Assembly (NCBI GenBank): GCA_018238155.1
Contig: JABCTZ010000041.1
Coordinates: 1-64,000, forward strand
Origin: Candidatus Heimdallarchaeota archaeon
Lineage (GTDB): Archaea; Asgardarchaeota; Heimdallarchaeia; JABLTI01
Direction: 5' to 3'
Length of the DNA stretch: 64,000 nt
A model generated the notes under the pieces. The model made no database searches. It saw only the letters and a list, made by a program, of their open reading frames with translations, and was not told where the DNA came from. Below are positions 37,656 to 48,182 of this stretch, in pieces. Within the stretch, counting starts at the first letter, position 1; every line of letters begins with the position of its first letter. Both the position numbers and the translations under genes were made by a program.

Positions 37656-40259
37656 CTACTGTTTTTTTGAAAGATTATTTTCTATCTTAGATAATCTTTC
37701 TTTGATTTTTCGATTTTCAGTTTGAAGCTCTTCTATAGTTCTCTCCAATGGTTTTAAGTCACTATTATCCTTTGTTTTACTTAGGGCTCGTATAGAACAT
37801 TTTGCTGCTCGTTTAACATGATGCAAATGAAACATTTTTTCAGCTTGATTTAAAGAAGGAATAAGTGATATGTCACCATAACTACTAATCGCAGAAATAG
37901 TGGCTCGAGATACCCGATGAGACTTGTCATTTAGCAAAGTTTTCTCTAAAATTGCCTTGATTTCAGGGTGCTCCTTTTTACATAATTTCCCTAATTTGGC
38001 AAGGTGAACTATTATTTCACGCCTACAATGATCACTTTTACCAACCTCAAAATAGGGGAGTAAGATATCAATTGCTTCTTTTTTCTCAGAGGCAGCAATT
38101 CCGGAAAGATATCCTCTTAGAACTATATCAGTCCAACTACTTTCTATTTTTGGTAAGCGTTCAACCAATATTTTCAAGGAATTTTTATGTTTAATTTTAC
38201 CAATAGAAGTTGCTGCTGCAGCTACAACGAAGTAAGAATCTGTATCATCTAACATTTTTACTAATGAATTAAAAGCTCTTTCTTCTTTGTAGAAATTTCC
38301 CAATGCAGCTGCAACTTTACTTCTAGCTCTACTATCTTGTATTTTCACTGCTTTGATAAGCCCACTTAAAGCTAGCTGTGTTTTCAAATTTCCTAAAATA
38401 GTGGCAATTTCAACCTGTACACCCCAAAATTCCTCTGTCAAAATTGCTTTTGAAAGACTGGCAACTGCTTTGTATGTTGCCTTTTTACCTAAGGCTTTTG
38501 CAGCACGAATTCTCATTATTACATTGGAACCATTTTTCAATTGATGTATCCACATATCGATTGGTTTTTCGATTTTTACATCAATCAAAACAGCATAATC
38601 TGGATCAAGTTCAATTGTAGCCGGTTTTGATTCTACTGGCAAATAAAAGAAATGGATTCTTTCTGTAATTTCATTAAAGTATTGTTTTTTATTTCCGTTT
38701 TTATCTATAATCTGTATAGTAAATGGAAATCGAAATACTTCTGGAGTACCTTCAACATTTTGTGTTTGTTCAATTTTAACTACTACTTGTAAGTTTTCGC
38801 TATTATAAGAGCATTTTATTATTACTTCAGGATAACCCGCTTTGTATAACCATTGATCAAAAAACCAATCATAATCATTTCCGGTAATTACCTCGAAAGC
38901 TCTTTGAAAATCAACTGTTTCAATAGAAGTGTAAGCATGTTGTGTTAAGATGTAGCTTAATACTTGCCACCAAGTTTTTTCTCCAACAAGATGCTTAAGC
39001 ATATAATATCTCCAGGCTGCCCCTGGATATAAATGCGCATCAAAAACATCCATACCAAACATCCATTTTGTTTGAACAATAGGTCTTCTGTATTTATTCT
39101 TATCCTCATTGAAATACGATTCTTGTTTTCCAAATTGCTCATAGAGATATTCATCTACTCCCAAATCGAATTTTTTCCATTCATTTTGTAATTGAGTTGC
39201 TCCACCTTCGTTGATCCAACCATGTGACCATGATTTGCAAGTTATTAAATCACCTATCCATTGATGGACTAATTCATGAACTACAAGCCCCTCGAAAGTA
39301 ATATCTTTGTGAGCTTTTTCATCGTGCATGATAACATCAGTCATTGTGGTAACACTGGTATTCTCCATACCACCAATAATAAAATTAGAAACACATACTT
39401 GACCGTATTTTTTCCATGGATATTTAACAGCTAATTTTTCTTCTAAAAATGCAATCATCTTAGGTGTTTTACCAAAAGTTCGATATACTGTTTCTTTATC
39501 GTGTTTATTCTCAGCATAATAATAAACATCAAGATCACCGGATTTTTCTTTATAGATTTCATATTTACCTACAGCTAAAGTAATCAAATAAGCTGGTAAA
39601 GGTTTTTCTTGTTTCCAGTGGAATGTTTCTGTTTTATTTTTATTCTTCTTTTGAGAAAGTAATTCTCCATTAGAGATAGCATAAAATCCTTCGGGCACTG
39701 TAACAACCATTTCAACAGGGAATTTATAACTTGGATGGTCATAAATTGGAATTAGATATCTTGCATAGTCATCTTGAAAATGTGTCCAAAATTGTTCGCC
39801 AATTTTTGGAAAGTAACGATTTGGTTTAATAAAAAAACCGGCAACTTGAGGTTCAACGACCTTGTAGTTAAATGTAAGAGTTACTTTACATCCCTCACAT
39901 GTTTCTTCATTTAAAGTAATGTAAAGAGTATGATTCTCAGAATCATGTTCAAAGAACAATTTGTTTTTGTTCTGATCCTTTATTTCGAGTATTTTGATTT
40001 CAGCTGCATGTAATTTAATTACCTTAAGATTTGTTATTTTTGATACTAGTGAAAGTTCGTTTTTTGCTGTTATTGTTGAAGTTGCAAAGTCCACTTTCCA
40101 AGTCATTTTTAGGTTCTCGATCAAGAAATGTCTTGGTGGTTGCCATTGGTCTTTTGCTTCTGGAAACGTGAAATCAGTTCTTTCCATAGCAAATGTTTGT
40201 TCAGCCTCTGCATATTGTCCTTTCAATAGAGTCTCGAGATAATCATGAAAATCTGTCAT
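37656..40259 (-). CDS. M1 family aminopeptidase with C-terminal HEAT repeats
   Basis: GGMEN, HELVHQW-x-NEG, YPGAAW, HEAT repeats and coiled-coil end. Confidence 0.93.
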   Translation of the reverse strand: MTDFHDYLETLLKGQYAEAEQTFAMERTDFTFPEAKDQWQPPRHFLIENLKMTWKVDFATSTITAKNELSLVSKITNLKVIKLHAAEIKILEIKDQNKNKLFFEHDSENHTLYITLNEETCEGCKVTLTFNYKVVEPQVAGFFIKPNRYFPKIGEQFWTHFQDDYARYLIPIYDHPSYKFPVEMVVTVPEGFYAISNGELLSQKKNKNKTETFHWKQEKPLPAYLITLAVGKYEIYKEKSGDLDVYYYAENKHDKETVYRTFGKTPKMIAFLEEKLAVKYPWKKYGQVCVSNFIIGGMENTSVTTMTDVIMHDEKAHKDITFEGLVVHELVHQWIGDLITCKSWSHGWINEGGATQLQNEWKKFDLGVDEYLYEQFGKQESYFNEDKNKYRRPIVQTKWMFGMDVFDAHLYPGAAWRYYMLKHLVGEKTWWQVLSYILTQHAYTSIETVDFQRAFEVITGNDYDWFFDQWLYKAGYPEVIIKCSYNSENLQVVVKIEQTQNVEGTPEVFRFPFTIQIIDKNGNKKQYFNEITERIHFFYLPVESKPATIELDPDYAVLIDVKIEKPIDMWIHQLKNGSNVIMRIRAAKALGKKATYKAVASLSKAILTEEFWGVQVEIATILGNLKTQLALSGLIKAVKIQDSRARSKVAAALGNFYKEERAFNSLVKMLDDTDSYFVVAAAATSIGKIKHKNSLKILVERLPKIESSWTDIVLRGYLSGIAASEKKEAIDILLPYFEVGKSDHCRREIIVHLAKLGKLCKKEHPEIKAILEKTLLNDKSHRVSRATISAISSYGDISLIPSLNQAEKMFHLHHVKRAAKCSIRALSKTKDNSDLKPLERTIEELQTENRKIKERLSKIENNLSKKQ

Positions 40260-40414
40260 TAGATGTCCCTTCAATTTTTCTTCTTTGAACAAGATAATAT
40301 TCAAGAATAATAATCTTTTAATTAAAATAGTTTAGCTTTTAAAAGAAATATCTGTCACTGACTTTAATGAAGAAAAAAAGAAGAAGATAAAGAAAAGAGA
40401 AAATAGAAATTTCA

Positions 40415-41509
40415 TTATAAAAATTTCAATAGGTTTACTTTTCGTTTAATTGCTTTTTTGATCATCCAAAAATTGAGGTTCTTTGGTGGTTTAGAAATAT
40501 CCTTCTCTTTTTTTGGTACTAAGGACATTGCTTCTTCAGGACAAACCATTGCACAGACACCACATCCAACACAGCGTTTGTTAACTGTGCAAACACCATC
40601 AATTATTTCAAGCGCATCGAATTGACATCGGTCTAAGCAAGTCCCGCACCCTGTACAAGATTCCTCTTCTATTTGCAAAAGGAAATCTGATTTAACAAAA
40701 GCATTTGGTTGATCATATTTGATTAATGCGCCCATGACTCCACAACAACAAGTACAACAATTACAAATGTAACTTTGACCTTCACTAATATTTGCAGTAG
40801 AATGGATTAAACCTGCTTCTTGCGCTGATTTCAAAACATTCAAAGCTTCCTCTTTTGTTATTGCTCGAGTGTCATGACATTCATTGTAATCTTTGTCTTC
40901 ATCACCTGAAAACATAATACAAACACTAAGAGGATACTCACATGCATTATCAAGTAATATTTGTTGCTTTCTGCAGATACAATCTCTTACACCCCAACTT
41001 TTAGCATTCATAAGAAGCTTTTCCGCTTCGTTTCTAGTATGGATTGCTAAATCAGTTTTTATTGTGCTCCTAACAGGAATAATTTTATGAATAGCTGGAG
41101 GGTCAGAAAAAAATACATCGCCTCTAGTTTTTTCAAAATACTCTTCCATCAATGCAGAAAATTCCGCATCTATTCGATGTATTTGTTCTTCGTATATTCC
41201 GACAACAAAAGGCATAAGACCATAAATTCGTCCATTCTCCGTATCGCTATAGCGAATTTGTCCCTTTTCTCTCATAATCTCTATTTTTTCTTTCAATTTC
41301 TCAATTGACATCTTCAATCTTCGAGCTATTTTCTCAACTGGTTCTTTTATTAACTTCATTTTACAAGCAATTTCAGCTTCTTCCGGAGTGAAGATCCATT
41401 CAAGAACTCTTAAATGAATACCATCTTTTGTATGAGGAAAACCGTTAGGAATTTGATTCAGTAATCTTGCAAGTTTCTCGTAGGGGGAACGTTTTCTAAA
41501 TAGAGCCAT
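40415..41509 (-). CDS. 4Fe-4S dicluster protein with N-terminal HTH-like region
   Basis: CICR, ICNCCTCCC, CTGCGTCLDRC, CVGCGVCAMVCP. Confidence 0.88.
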   Translation of the reverse strand: MALFRKRSPYEKLARLLNQIPNGFPHTKDGIHLRVLEWIFTPEEAEIACKMKLIKEPVEKIARRLKMSIEKLKEKIEIMREKGQIRYSDTENGRIYGLMPFVVGIYEEQIHRIDAEFSALMEEYFEKTRGDVFFSDPPAIHKIIPVRSTIKTDLAIHTRNEAEKLLMNAKSWGVRDCICRKQQILLDNACEYPLSVCIMFSGDEDKDYNECHDTRAITKEEALNVLKSAQEAGLIHSTANISEGQSYICNCCTCCCGVMGALIKYDQPNAFVKSDFLLQIEEESCTGCGTCLDRCQFDALEIIDGVCTVNKRCVGCGVCAMVCPEEAMSLVPKKEKDISKPPKNLNFWMIKKAIKRKVNLLKFL

Positions 41510-41710
41510 TTTATAATCACTTGCTTTTTAATATTCTTGAAATATATAAAGTTAGTATTGTTTTACTGTTAAAGAATCGTTTCATTTAGAAAATGTTACC
41601 AGAATGAGTATAAAGAAATGAATTATTGTTAGTTTCTCAATAGTAGAAGTTTGTTCTAAAGTTAATTAAGGAAAAGTAAAAATTAATACAAAACAAATTT
41701 ATGAGTTGAT

Positions 41711-42053
41711 TTGATGACACTAGAAAAAGTATACAAATTAATTGAAGAAAGAAAAGATTTGGCGGAATTTATCGCCATTCCGTCCGTCTCTGCAAAAGAA
41801 GAATTCTTAGTGGAAGCAGCAGAGTTTTCTAAGAAACTTTTAGAAAAATATGGCTTTAAAGCAAAAATTCATGATACTGGTGGAGGACCCGTTGTAACGG
41901 GCATTATTGATGTCGGTGCAAAAAGAACGTTGATGTTTTATGATCATGCAGATGTTCAACCTGCAGAACCTTTTGATTTATGGGACTCTCCACCTTTTGA
42001 ATTAGCAATTAGAGAAGGACGAATGTATGGTTGTGGTGTTGCTGATAATAAAG
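41711..42053 (+). pseudogene. M20 (DapE/ArgE-like) peptidase, N-terminal fragment
   Basis: IPSVSA, YDHADVQP, WDSPPFEL, MYGCGVADNK, then homology stops abruptly. Confidence 0.85.
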
Positions 42054-42126
42054 ATTTGAAGAACAAATCAGGCTCTTAAGAGAAGAAGGGCATATAGTGT
42101 ATGAAGATGGAAGATTAAGACTGTAA
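42052..42126 (+). pseudogene. 3' fragment of an unrelated gene (resembles an MGMT/Atl-family C-terminus)
   Basis: Hand translation RFEEQIRLLREEGHIVYEDGRLRL*, beginning exactly where M20 homology ends. Confidence 0.4.
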
Positions 42127-42225
42127 TCAAAAACAGTCTCTTTTATTGCCTGAAATTGTTGCTTTTACCTCTGATTATCTTTATATAATATCTTGATATG
42201 TAATTTAAGATATAGGAGATTAAAT

Positions 42226-43524
42226 ATGAACTTTAGAATAAGAAAAAGATGGTTAGTTGTAATTGGAGCAATCTCTTCTCAATTGGCTATTGGAGCATTA
42301 TACGCATGGAGTCATTTTAATGAACCAATTTCAATAGCATTTGGATGGTCAATCACTAGTGTTTACACAACATACACGATTGCATTAGCAACATTCGCAT
42401 TAACGATGAACTTTACAGGTTGGTTACAATTAAAATTGGGACCAAGAATAACTTCACTTATCGGAGGTATCCTATATAGTGGTGGGGTTCTGTTATCCTC
42501 TTTGGCAAAGTCACATGCAGCATTATACATCTTTTATGGTGTGATTACAGGTGCAGGGGTTGCGTTCGTCTATGTATGTCAGTTAGCTACTCTGGTAAAG
42601 TGGTTCCCGAATAGAAAAGGTGCCATTACGGGACTAGCAACTGCTGGATTTGCATTGGGTGGATTCATGTTTAGTAATATATTGAAAGCGTTGTTTAACG
42701 TAGAAGATATATATTTAACGCCAGAAAAGATTTCTATTACATTCCTAATTGTAGGTATTATTTTTGCAGTGATGACAATTGGTGGAGCATTATTACTAGA
42801 TGTTCCAGAACAAGAGAAAGCACAAACGAATGATAAGTTTACAGAAGGTAAAAACTTTAACAGACTAGATATGTTAAAAACTAGAAACTTCTACAAGTTA
42901 TTGTTCAGTGACATGTTGGCATTGATGCCTGGATTATTAATTATTGGTTTGGCAAAAGACATCGGTCAAGATCCAGATTACCTCGGGCTAAATTATAGTA
43001 CTGCTGCATTGATAGTTAGTATCATCGCAATCATAAATGCTGGTGGACGATTATTATCAGGTGCTTTAGCAGATAAATTTGGGCCATTGAATGTGTATAG
43101 AACGATGTACGTAGTTACAATTCTATCATTGGCTGTATTGGCATTCGTTCCCATGAGTTTCCCAGTCTTCATAATCGCAATCTTTGGTGTCGCGATTTCG
43201 TATGGTTCGTTCTTATCATTAGTTCCTACGATCACAGGAAGACTGTTTGGTGGGAAGAACTTCAGTGCGAACTATGCACTAGTATTCCAAGCATATGGTA
43301 TCGCAGCATTATCAGGAATCCTTATTAAAAGTTTTACAACAGAAACCAATTATATGTTTATAATCGCAATGAGTACGACCATCTTAGGTTTCATTATCTC
43401 AATGTTAATCAAACCGTCAAATGGACAACAAGAAGATGAAAAAGAAGACGAAAGTGATACTGTTCATCTAACTAGTAACTTAGAGGATAATTCAACAGAG
43501 GAATCTAATGAATCAAATTCCTAA
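42226..43524 (+). CDS. MFS transporter, oxalate/formate antiporter (OFA) family
   Basis: GALYAWS.F, KWFPNRKG..TG....GF..G, NAGGRL..G.LADKFG, FG.KNFSANY; AGGAG SD. Confidence 0.92.
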   Translation: MNFRIRKRWLVVIGAISSQLAIGALYAWSHFNEPISIAFGWSITSVYTTYTIALATFALTMNFTGWLQLKLGPRITSLIGGILYSGGVLLSSLAKSHAALYIFYGVITGAGVAFVYVCQLATLVKWFPNRKGAITGLATAGFALGGFMFSNILKALFNVEDIYLTPEKISITFLIVGIIFAVMTIGGALLLDVPEQEKAQTNDKFTEGKNFNRLDMLKTRNFYKLLFSDMLALMPGLLIIGLAKDIGQDPDYLGLNYSTAALIVSIIAIINAGGRLLSGALADKFGPLNVYRTMYVVTILSLAVLAFVPMSFPVFIIAIFGVAISYGSFLSLVPTITGRLFGGKNFSANYALVFQAYGIAALSGILIKSFTTETNYMFIIAMSTTILGFIISMLIKPSNGQQEDEKEDESDTVHLTSNLEDNSTEESNESNS

Positions 43525-43754
43525 TCCTCTTTATTCTTTTGACGATAAAGTAGTGTTAAAATAGTACATCAGCACTACATAGCGTGGAGTTAGAATAGTT
43601 AGTAATACTGCTATAAATTCTGAAGAATCCACGACTAAAACATCGTGTGCATAAATATCTCCCGTTGATAAATAGTTTGAATCAATGTTTAGATTTCCGC
43701 TCTCAGCTTCAAGCGTAATATTACTTCCCGACTTAGTAATTTTTAATGCGTTGC

Positions 43755-43945
43755 CACCAACAACTAATCTATCAGGTGGTTCAGGACCAATGTATCTTTT
43801 TGGTGATCATATGCCTGTTGTATCATTGGGCTCTGGAAATGCAAATAGTAATGCCCATGCACCAAATGAAAACATCTATGTTGATGATTTTATTGACGGT
43901 ATGAAAATGATTGTAAATGTTTTAGATGAATTCCGAAATTGGTAG
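43755..43945 (+). pseudogene. M20 peptidase, C-terminal fragment
   Basis: SGGSGPMYLF...PVVSLG.G...SNAHAPNENI..DDFIDG. Confidence 0.85.
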
Positions 43946-43997
43946 ATTACCGAGTGAATACATTATTGACTAGAAATTTCAAAAAAATAGATGATAA

Positions 43998-44024
43998 TTT
44001 GAAAGAAACAAATTTTCTTTCAAA
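43998..44024. terminator. Hairpin between convergent genes
   Basis: TTTGAAAGAAA-CAAAT-TTTCTTTCAAA. Confidence 0.55.
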
Positions 44025-44028
44025 CTTT

Positions 44029-44379
44029 TTATTTTTCTAACAGTGGAATAACACAGATAAATTTCAAAGTTTCAGAGCCAACGGTTTCATAACCGTGAGG
44101 TTCATCAGGGGGCATATAAATTACATCATTTGCTTTCACATGTGTTTTCGTTCCATCTTCAGCGATTAAATTGCATTCTCCTTGTAAGATAAATATTTCA
44201 TGTTCTTCTGGATGATTATGCATTCCAATATACGCACCTGTTTCCAGAGTAAACAGTCGCATTGCAAAACGAGGGGCACCTTGCTCCTTACTAATTAGCC
44301 ATTGTATGGATGTTTTTGTTGATCCATAGCTTGTTACTGCTTCTTTCTTCACAGAATCACTATTTATTACTAACATCAT
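44029..44379 (-). CDS. Cupin domain protein
   Basis: GAPRFAMRLF, HNHPEEHEIFILQG, PPDEPHGY. Confidence 0.9.
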   Translation of the reverse strand: MMLVINSDSVKKEAVTSYGSTKTSIQWLISKEQGAPRFAMRLFTLETGAYIGMHNHPEEHEIFILQGECNLIAEDGTKTHVKANDVIYMPPDEPHGYETVGSETLKFICVIPLLEK

Positions 44380-44444
44380 TTTCCACCTATGCATGATTGA
44401 TTGTTTGACTTATTTTCATATTCTCTTTTTAATTTAGTGGAAAA

Positions 44445-44597
44445 TTAGAATATATCTATGTAAACCTCGACTGCTTCTTTTATATTCTCTAATACTTCCT
44501 CCCTTGATTCCCCTTGAAATATGCAACCTGGAAGTGTAGGTAAATATATTACGTATCCCCCTTCTTCTGCTTTCTCTAAAACAACATTGAATAACAT
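44445..44597 (-). CDS. hicB: HicB-family antitoxin (short, orphan; possibly truncated)
   Basis: Hand translation MLFNVVLEKAEEGGYVIYLPTLPGCIFQGESREEVLENIKEAVEVYIDIF*; below the ORF-track cutoff. Confidence 0.8.
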   Translation of the reverse strand: MLFNVVLEKAEEGGYVIYLPTLPGCIFQGESREEVLENIKEAVEVYIDIF

Positions 44598-44731
44598 AAT
44601 CTATTATTTCTTTTTATTTTTCATCTTTCTTTTAATACTCGTTTTTATACTAATTTGTAGGTGTTAGTATAACCTCATGAAATTTTTCCTCTTGTGTGAG
44701 TTTGAAGAGTTTTCTTTTATAAAAGATAATT

Positions 44732-45643
44732 TTATGACAAATATTTTTGTAGTAATTTTACTACTTCGTCGTGACCATTCTTGAGGGCAGCTTGAATTGC
44801 TGATTGTGTGTAATCATCATGCATAGTAGATATTTCAACTTCAATAGTAGGGTCAGCATCATACTCAAGAAGCAATTTAACAACATCTACAAACCCATCA
44901 TTTGCAGCAAAATAGAGTGCTGTTCCGTTAACAGTAGTTTTGATGTTTACATCTGCTCCCCTCTCGAGTAATAGTGTTACAATGGAAGTAAAACCATTCA
45001 TACAAACTTCCATAAGTGCCGTCCAACCCAAATTACTAACAGCATTAATATCTACTCCATTTTCAAGAAGGAAAGTCACTATGTCAAGCTGATTTCTTCT
45101 TACAGCCCATCGTAAAACTGACATCCCTCGATCTTCCATGATATTGATATTTGCTCCAGACTTGAGTGCTTTTTTAACAGATTCCAGATCACCATTATAG
45201 ACTGCTTTGAATAATTTAGTATCTTTTCTGTTACATTCTTCAGTTGAAGGTTTAATCTGTTCAACTCGTTTCTTTCGAATTAAGTCAGCAATGATTGGAT
45301 ATCTTCCTGACATAGATACTATGCTATTAATATCGCTCAAAATTCTATCTGGATATGGTCCTCCTTTTTCCAAAAGCAATTTCACTGCTTCTATTTGACC
45401 ATCTCGAGCAGCTAGATGCAAAGGTGTGAAATCAGCTAATTCCAATTTTATTGCATCTGCACCCTTCTCTAAAAGATATGAAATAATCTCTAAATGTCCT
45501 TTGCTTGCAGCAATATGTAAAGCAGTTCCTTCCCATTGGCTAGCTTTGTTAACCTTCGCTCCAAGTTCAAGTGCTTTCTTAATCCCAGCCAAGTCGCCAT
45601 TTGTTGCTGCTTCAAAAAGTAATTCATTAACTTTTTTCGACAT
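44732..45643 (-). CDS. Ankyrin repeat protein
   Basis: Repeated GTALHIAA/TPLHLAA/TALMEV...LLE.GAD.N motifs. Confidence 0.95.
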   Translation of the reverse strand: MSKKVNELLFEAATNGDLAGIKKALELGAKVNKASQWEGTALHIAASKGHLEIISYLLEKGADAIKLELADFTPLHLAARDGQIEAVKLLLEKGGPYPDRILSDINSIVSMSGRYPIIADLIRKKRVEQIKPSTEECNRKDTKLFKAVYNGDLESVKKALKSGANINIMEDRGMSVLRWAVRRNQLDIVTFLLENGVDINAVSNLGWTALMEVCMNGFTSIVTLLLERGADVNIKTTVNGTALYFAANDGFVDVVKLLLEYDADPTIEVEISTMHDDYTQSAIQAALKNGHDEVVKLLQKYLS

Positions 45644-45758
45644 ATGTATTCAATTAAATTGTTAATTAATAATTTATCTGAAATGTGACATCAATTATTT
45701 TCTAAAAATACAAATAAAGAAATGAAATAATAGAAAAAGAAGAGTTCTAGGATTTAAC

Positions 45759-47921
45759 CTAGAATAAACCTCTTAACCAAGCTTCTAATAATGCTAACAA
45801 ACCATCTCCACCATTAATCAATAACATTAAACCGATGAAAATAGTTGAAGTGAGTGTCATAACAACAAGCAGAGTATTGATGCTTGGACCTGCTGTGTCC
45901 TTAAATGGATCTCCAACAGTATCACCAGTGATTGCGGCTCTGTGTGTTGGGGTATCTTTTCCACCTAAGTTGCCATCCTCTATCCATTTTTTCGCATTGT
46001 CCCAGGCTCCTCCGGCATTGGACATGAATATTGCGAATACAAAACCAGAAAGAATTGCTCCTACAATAAATGCACCTAAAGCGGCTACTCCAAATATTAT
46101 ACCAACTAGTAAGGGCATTGCTACAGAAAGAATACTTGGAAGGACTAATTCTTTTAGTGCTCCTTTTGTTGCAATATTTATGGTTTTATGGAAATCGGGC
46201 GGTTCTGTTCCTTCTAAGATTTTAGGATTAGATTCAAATTGAGCTCGTATTTCTTCGACCATTAATGTAGCATTTTTTTGAACAGATAATATCAAAAGTG
46301 CTGAGAAAAGAACTGGCGCAACAACACCTAGGAATGCTCCAATTAACACATAGATGTTCAGAAGGTCCATTCCTGTTCCACCTTTGATTGCAGCAATAAT
46401 TCCTGCTTCTGTTGCAAAAGAGAACAATAATGCAAATACAGCTAAATTAGCTGCTCCTATTGCAAATCCTTTTGTAATTGCTTTAGCAGTATTTCCAGCA
46501 GAATCTAACTTATCTGCAACGCGTATTACGTCTTCTCCAAGTCCACCTTGTTCAGCAATTGCTCTGGCATTATCAACTATAGGACCATATGCATCATTGG
46601 AAACAACAGTTCCTACTATTGCCAACATTCCAACAGCAGCCATTGCTACACCGTAAACGCCACCTAACCAATAAGATAGAATCATAGCTACTGAAATTCC
46701 AAGTGCGGGTGGTACGACACTTAGTAAACCATAGGAAAATCCTGAGAGAATGACTACTGCATCGCCTTCTTGAGCTGCACGTGAAATATTCTTCACTGGT
46801 GGTTTATCATCTCGAGTAAAGAAGTCACTTGTCCAACCAATAATGATACCGCATAATAAACCAATAATTACGGCAAAATAATTTTTCCACATTATCCACG
46901 TTTCGGCTGGTGTAATACCTGGTGTTGTTGCAGTTAATATCCAAACAAATAATGCACCAAGTGCGGCAAAAATAGCTGTAGCAATATAAGTTCCAAGGTT
47001 CAATAATTTCCCTGGATCTTTTGTTTTCAACCATTTTATTAGTATTATTCCAATTAAAGAAGCGAACAATCCCACACCAGATAATAAGATTGGAAATATC
47101 GCAAATGCACCCTGTACTGCATCTGAAAGTGAAGCAAAAATAACATTTGATAGCAACATTGCTGCCAAAATGGATGCTACAAAAGAGTCGAACAAATCAC
47201 TGCCCATACCAGCAATATCACCTACATTGTCACCAACATTATCAGCAATTGTAGCGGGATTGCGCACATCATCTTCTGGTAAATGATATTCTGCTTTTCC
47301 AACTAAATCAGCACCAACATCAGCTGTTTTTGTAAAAATTCCACCACCGCATTTCATAAACAAAGCAATAGTGCTTGCACCAAAACTAAAACCCAAAATT
47401 ACTACTGGAGTTTGGAAAATCCAATATATTGTTGTTATACCAATAAGAGCAGATCCCACAACAGCTAAGCCCATAACAGACCCACCGAAGAATGCAACAT
47501 CAAATCCTTTGTCTAAGCTTTTTGTGCATCCTTGAGCTGCTCTTGTGTTTGCTTTAACGCCAATAATCATACCTAAGTATCCAGCAAACATTGAAGCTGC
47601 TGAACCTACTATATAAGCAATAGCTTGTTCCCAATTTAGTTCTGGTATGAAAATGGGTATTTTTCCTTCAGAAGTTAATTCAGACGGTAAGAATAATAAA
47701 ATTACTAAGAATAACACACCTACAAAAATGGATAATATTTTGTATTGTGTTTTGATAAATGTCTTAGCTCCATCTTCGATGTATCCTGAAACCTCAACCA
47801 TTTTTTCGTTTCCAGGATCCTCTTTTAAAACAATTATACTAAAGATTATAGCTACGGCAATAGATATTACACCTGCAATCAAAGCCACAATCAGTAAAAT
47901 AGGCACAACCATAATATTCAC
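45759..47921 (-). CDS. hppA: Membrane-bound pyrophosphatase, K+-independent H+-translocating type
   Basis: DVGADLVGK.E, EDD.RNPATIADNVGDNVGD, GNTAKA (Lys at the K+-dependence position), GDTVGDPFKDTAGP. Confidence 0.93.
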   Translation of the reverse strand: MNIMVVPILLIVALIAGVISIAVAIIFSIIVLKEDPGNEKMVEVSGYIEDGAKTFIKTQYKILSIFVGVLFLVILLFLPSELTSEGKIPIFIPELNWEQAIAYIVGSAASMFAGYLGMIIGVKANTRAAQGCTKSLDKGFDVAFFGGSVMGLAVVGSALIGITTIYWIFQTPVVILGFSFGASTIALFMKCGGGIFTKTADVGADLVGKAEYHLPEDDVRNPATIADNVGDNVGDIAGMGSDLFDSFVASILAAMLLSNVIFASLSDAVQGAFAIFPILLSGVGLFASLIGIILIKWLKTKDPGKLLNLGTYIATAIFAALGALFVWILTATTPGITPAETWIMWKNYFAVIIGLLCGIIIGWTSDFFTRDDKPPVKNISRAAQEGDAVVILSGFSYGLLSVVPPALGISVAMILSYWLGGVYGVAMAAVGMLAIVGTVVSNDAYGPIVDNARAIAEQGGLGEDVIRVADKLDSAGNTAKAITKGFAIGAANLAVFALLFSFATEAGIIAAIKGGTGMDLLNIYVLIGAFLGVVAPVLFSALLILSVQKNATLMVEEIRAQFESNPKILEGTEPPDFHKTINIATKGALKELVLPSILSVAMPLLVGIIFGVAALGAFIVGAILSGFVFAIFMSNAGGAWDNAKKWIEDGNLGGKDTPTHRAAITGDTVGDPFKDTAGPSINTLLVVMTLTSTIFIGLMLLINGGDGLLALLEAWLRGLF

Positions 47922-48182
47922 TCGTTTTCTTTATTCCTCTCAAATAATTTCACGGATAATATTTAAAATTTGTTCAAGGCTTGTTGTTTTTATTACCAAA
48001 AATAGTGTTTTAACTTGATCTTTTTATATATCAATCGCTTTTTTGCTCAAGCTTCAATTGAAAAAAAATTATTACCAATAACCAAATAGGAGTAAATTTA
48101 ACTTTTTTTCGATAAAAGCAAACTTTTTGAAGAGAAAGAGCAATATTACACGGGAATAAATGGTATAGCAGGAAGAAACACA

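Noticed and set aside
42054-43760. IS or transposon carrying the MFS gene
   Set aside because: No transposase, terminal inverted repeats or target-site duplication found, and the target gene is deleted rather than simply interrupted
45835-48018. Antisense ORFs over hppA, and similar short ORFs opposite other long genes
   Set aside because: They are shadows of well-supported genes on the other strand, with no motifs of their own
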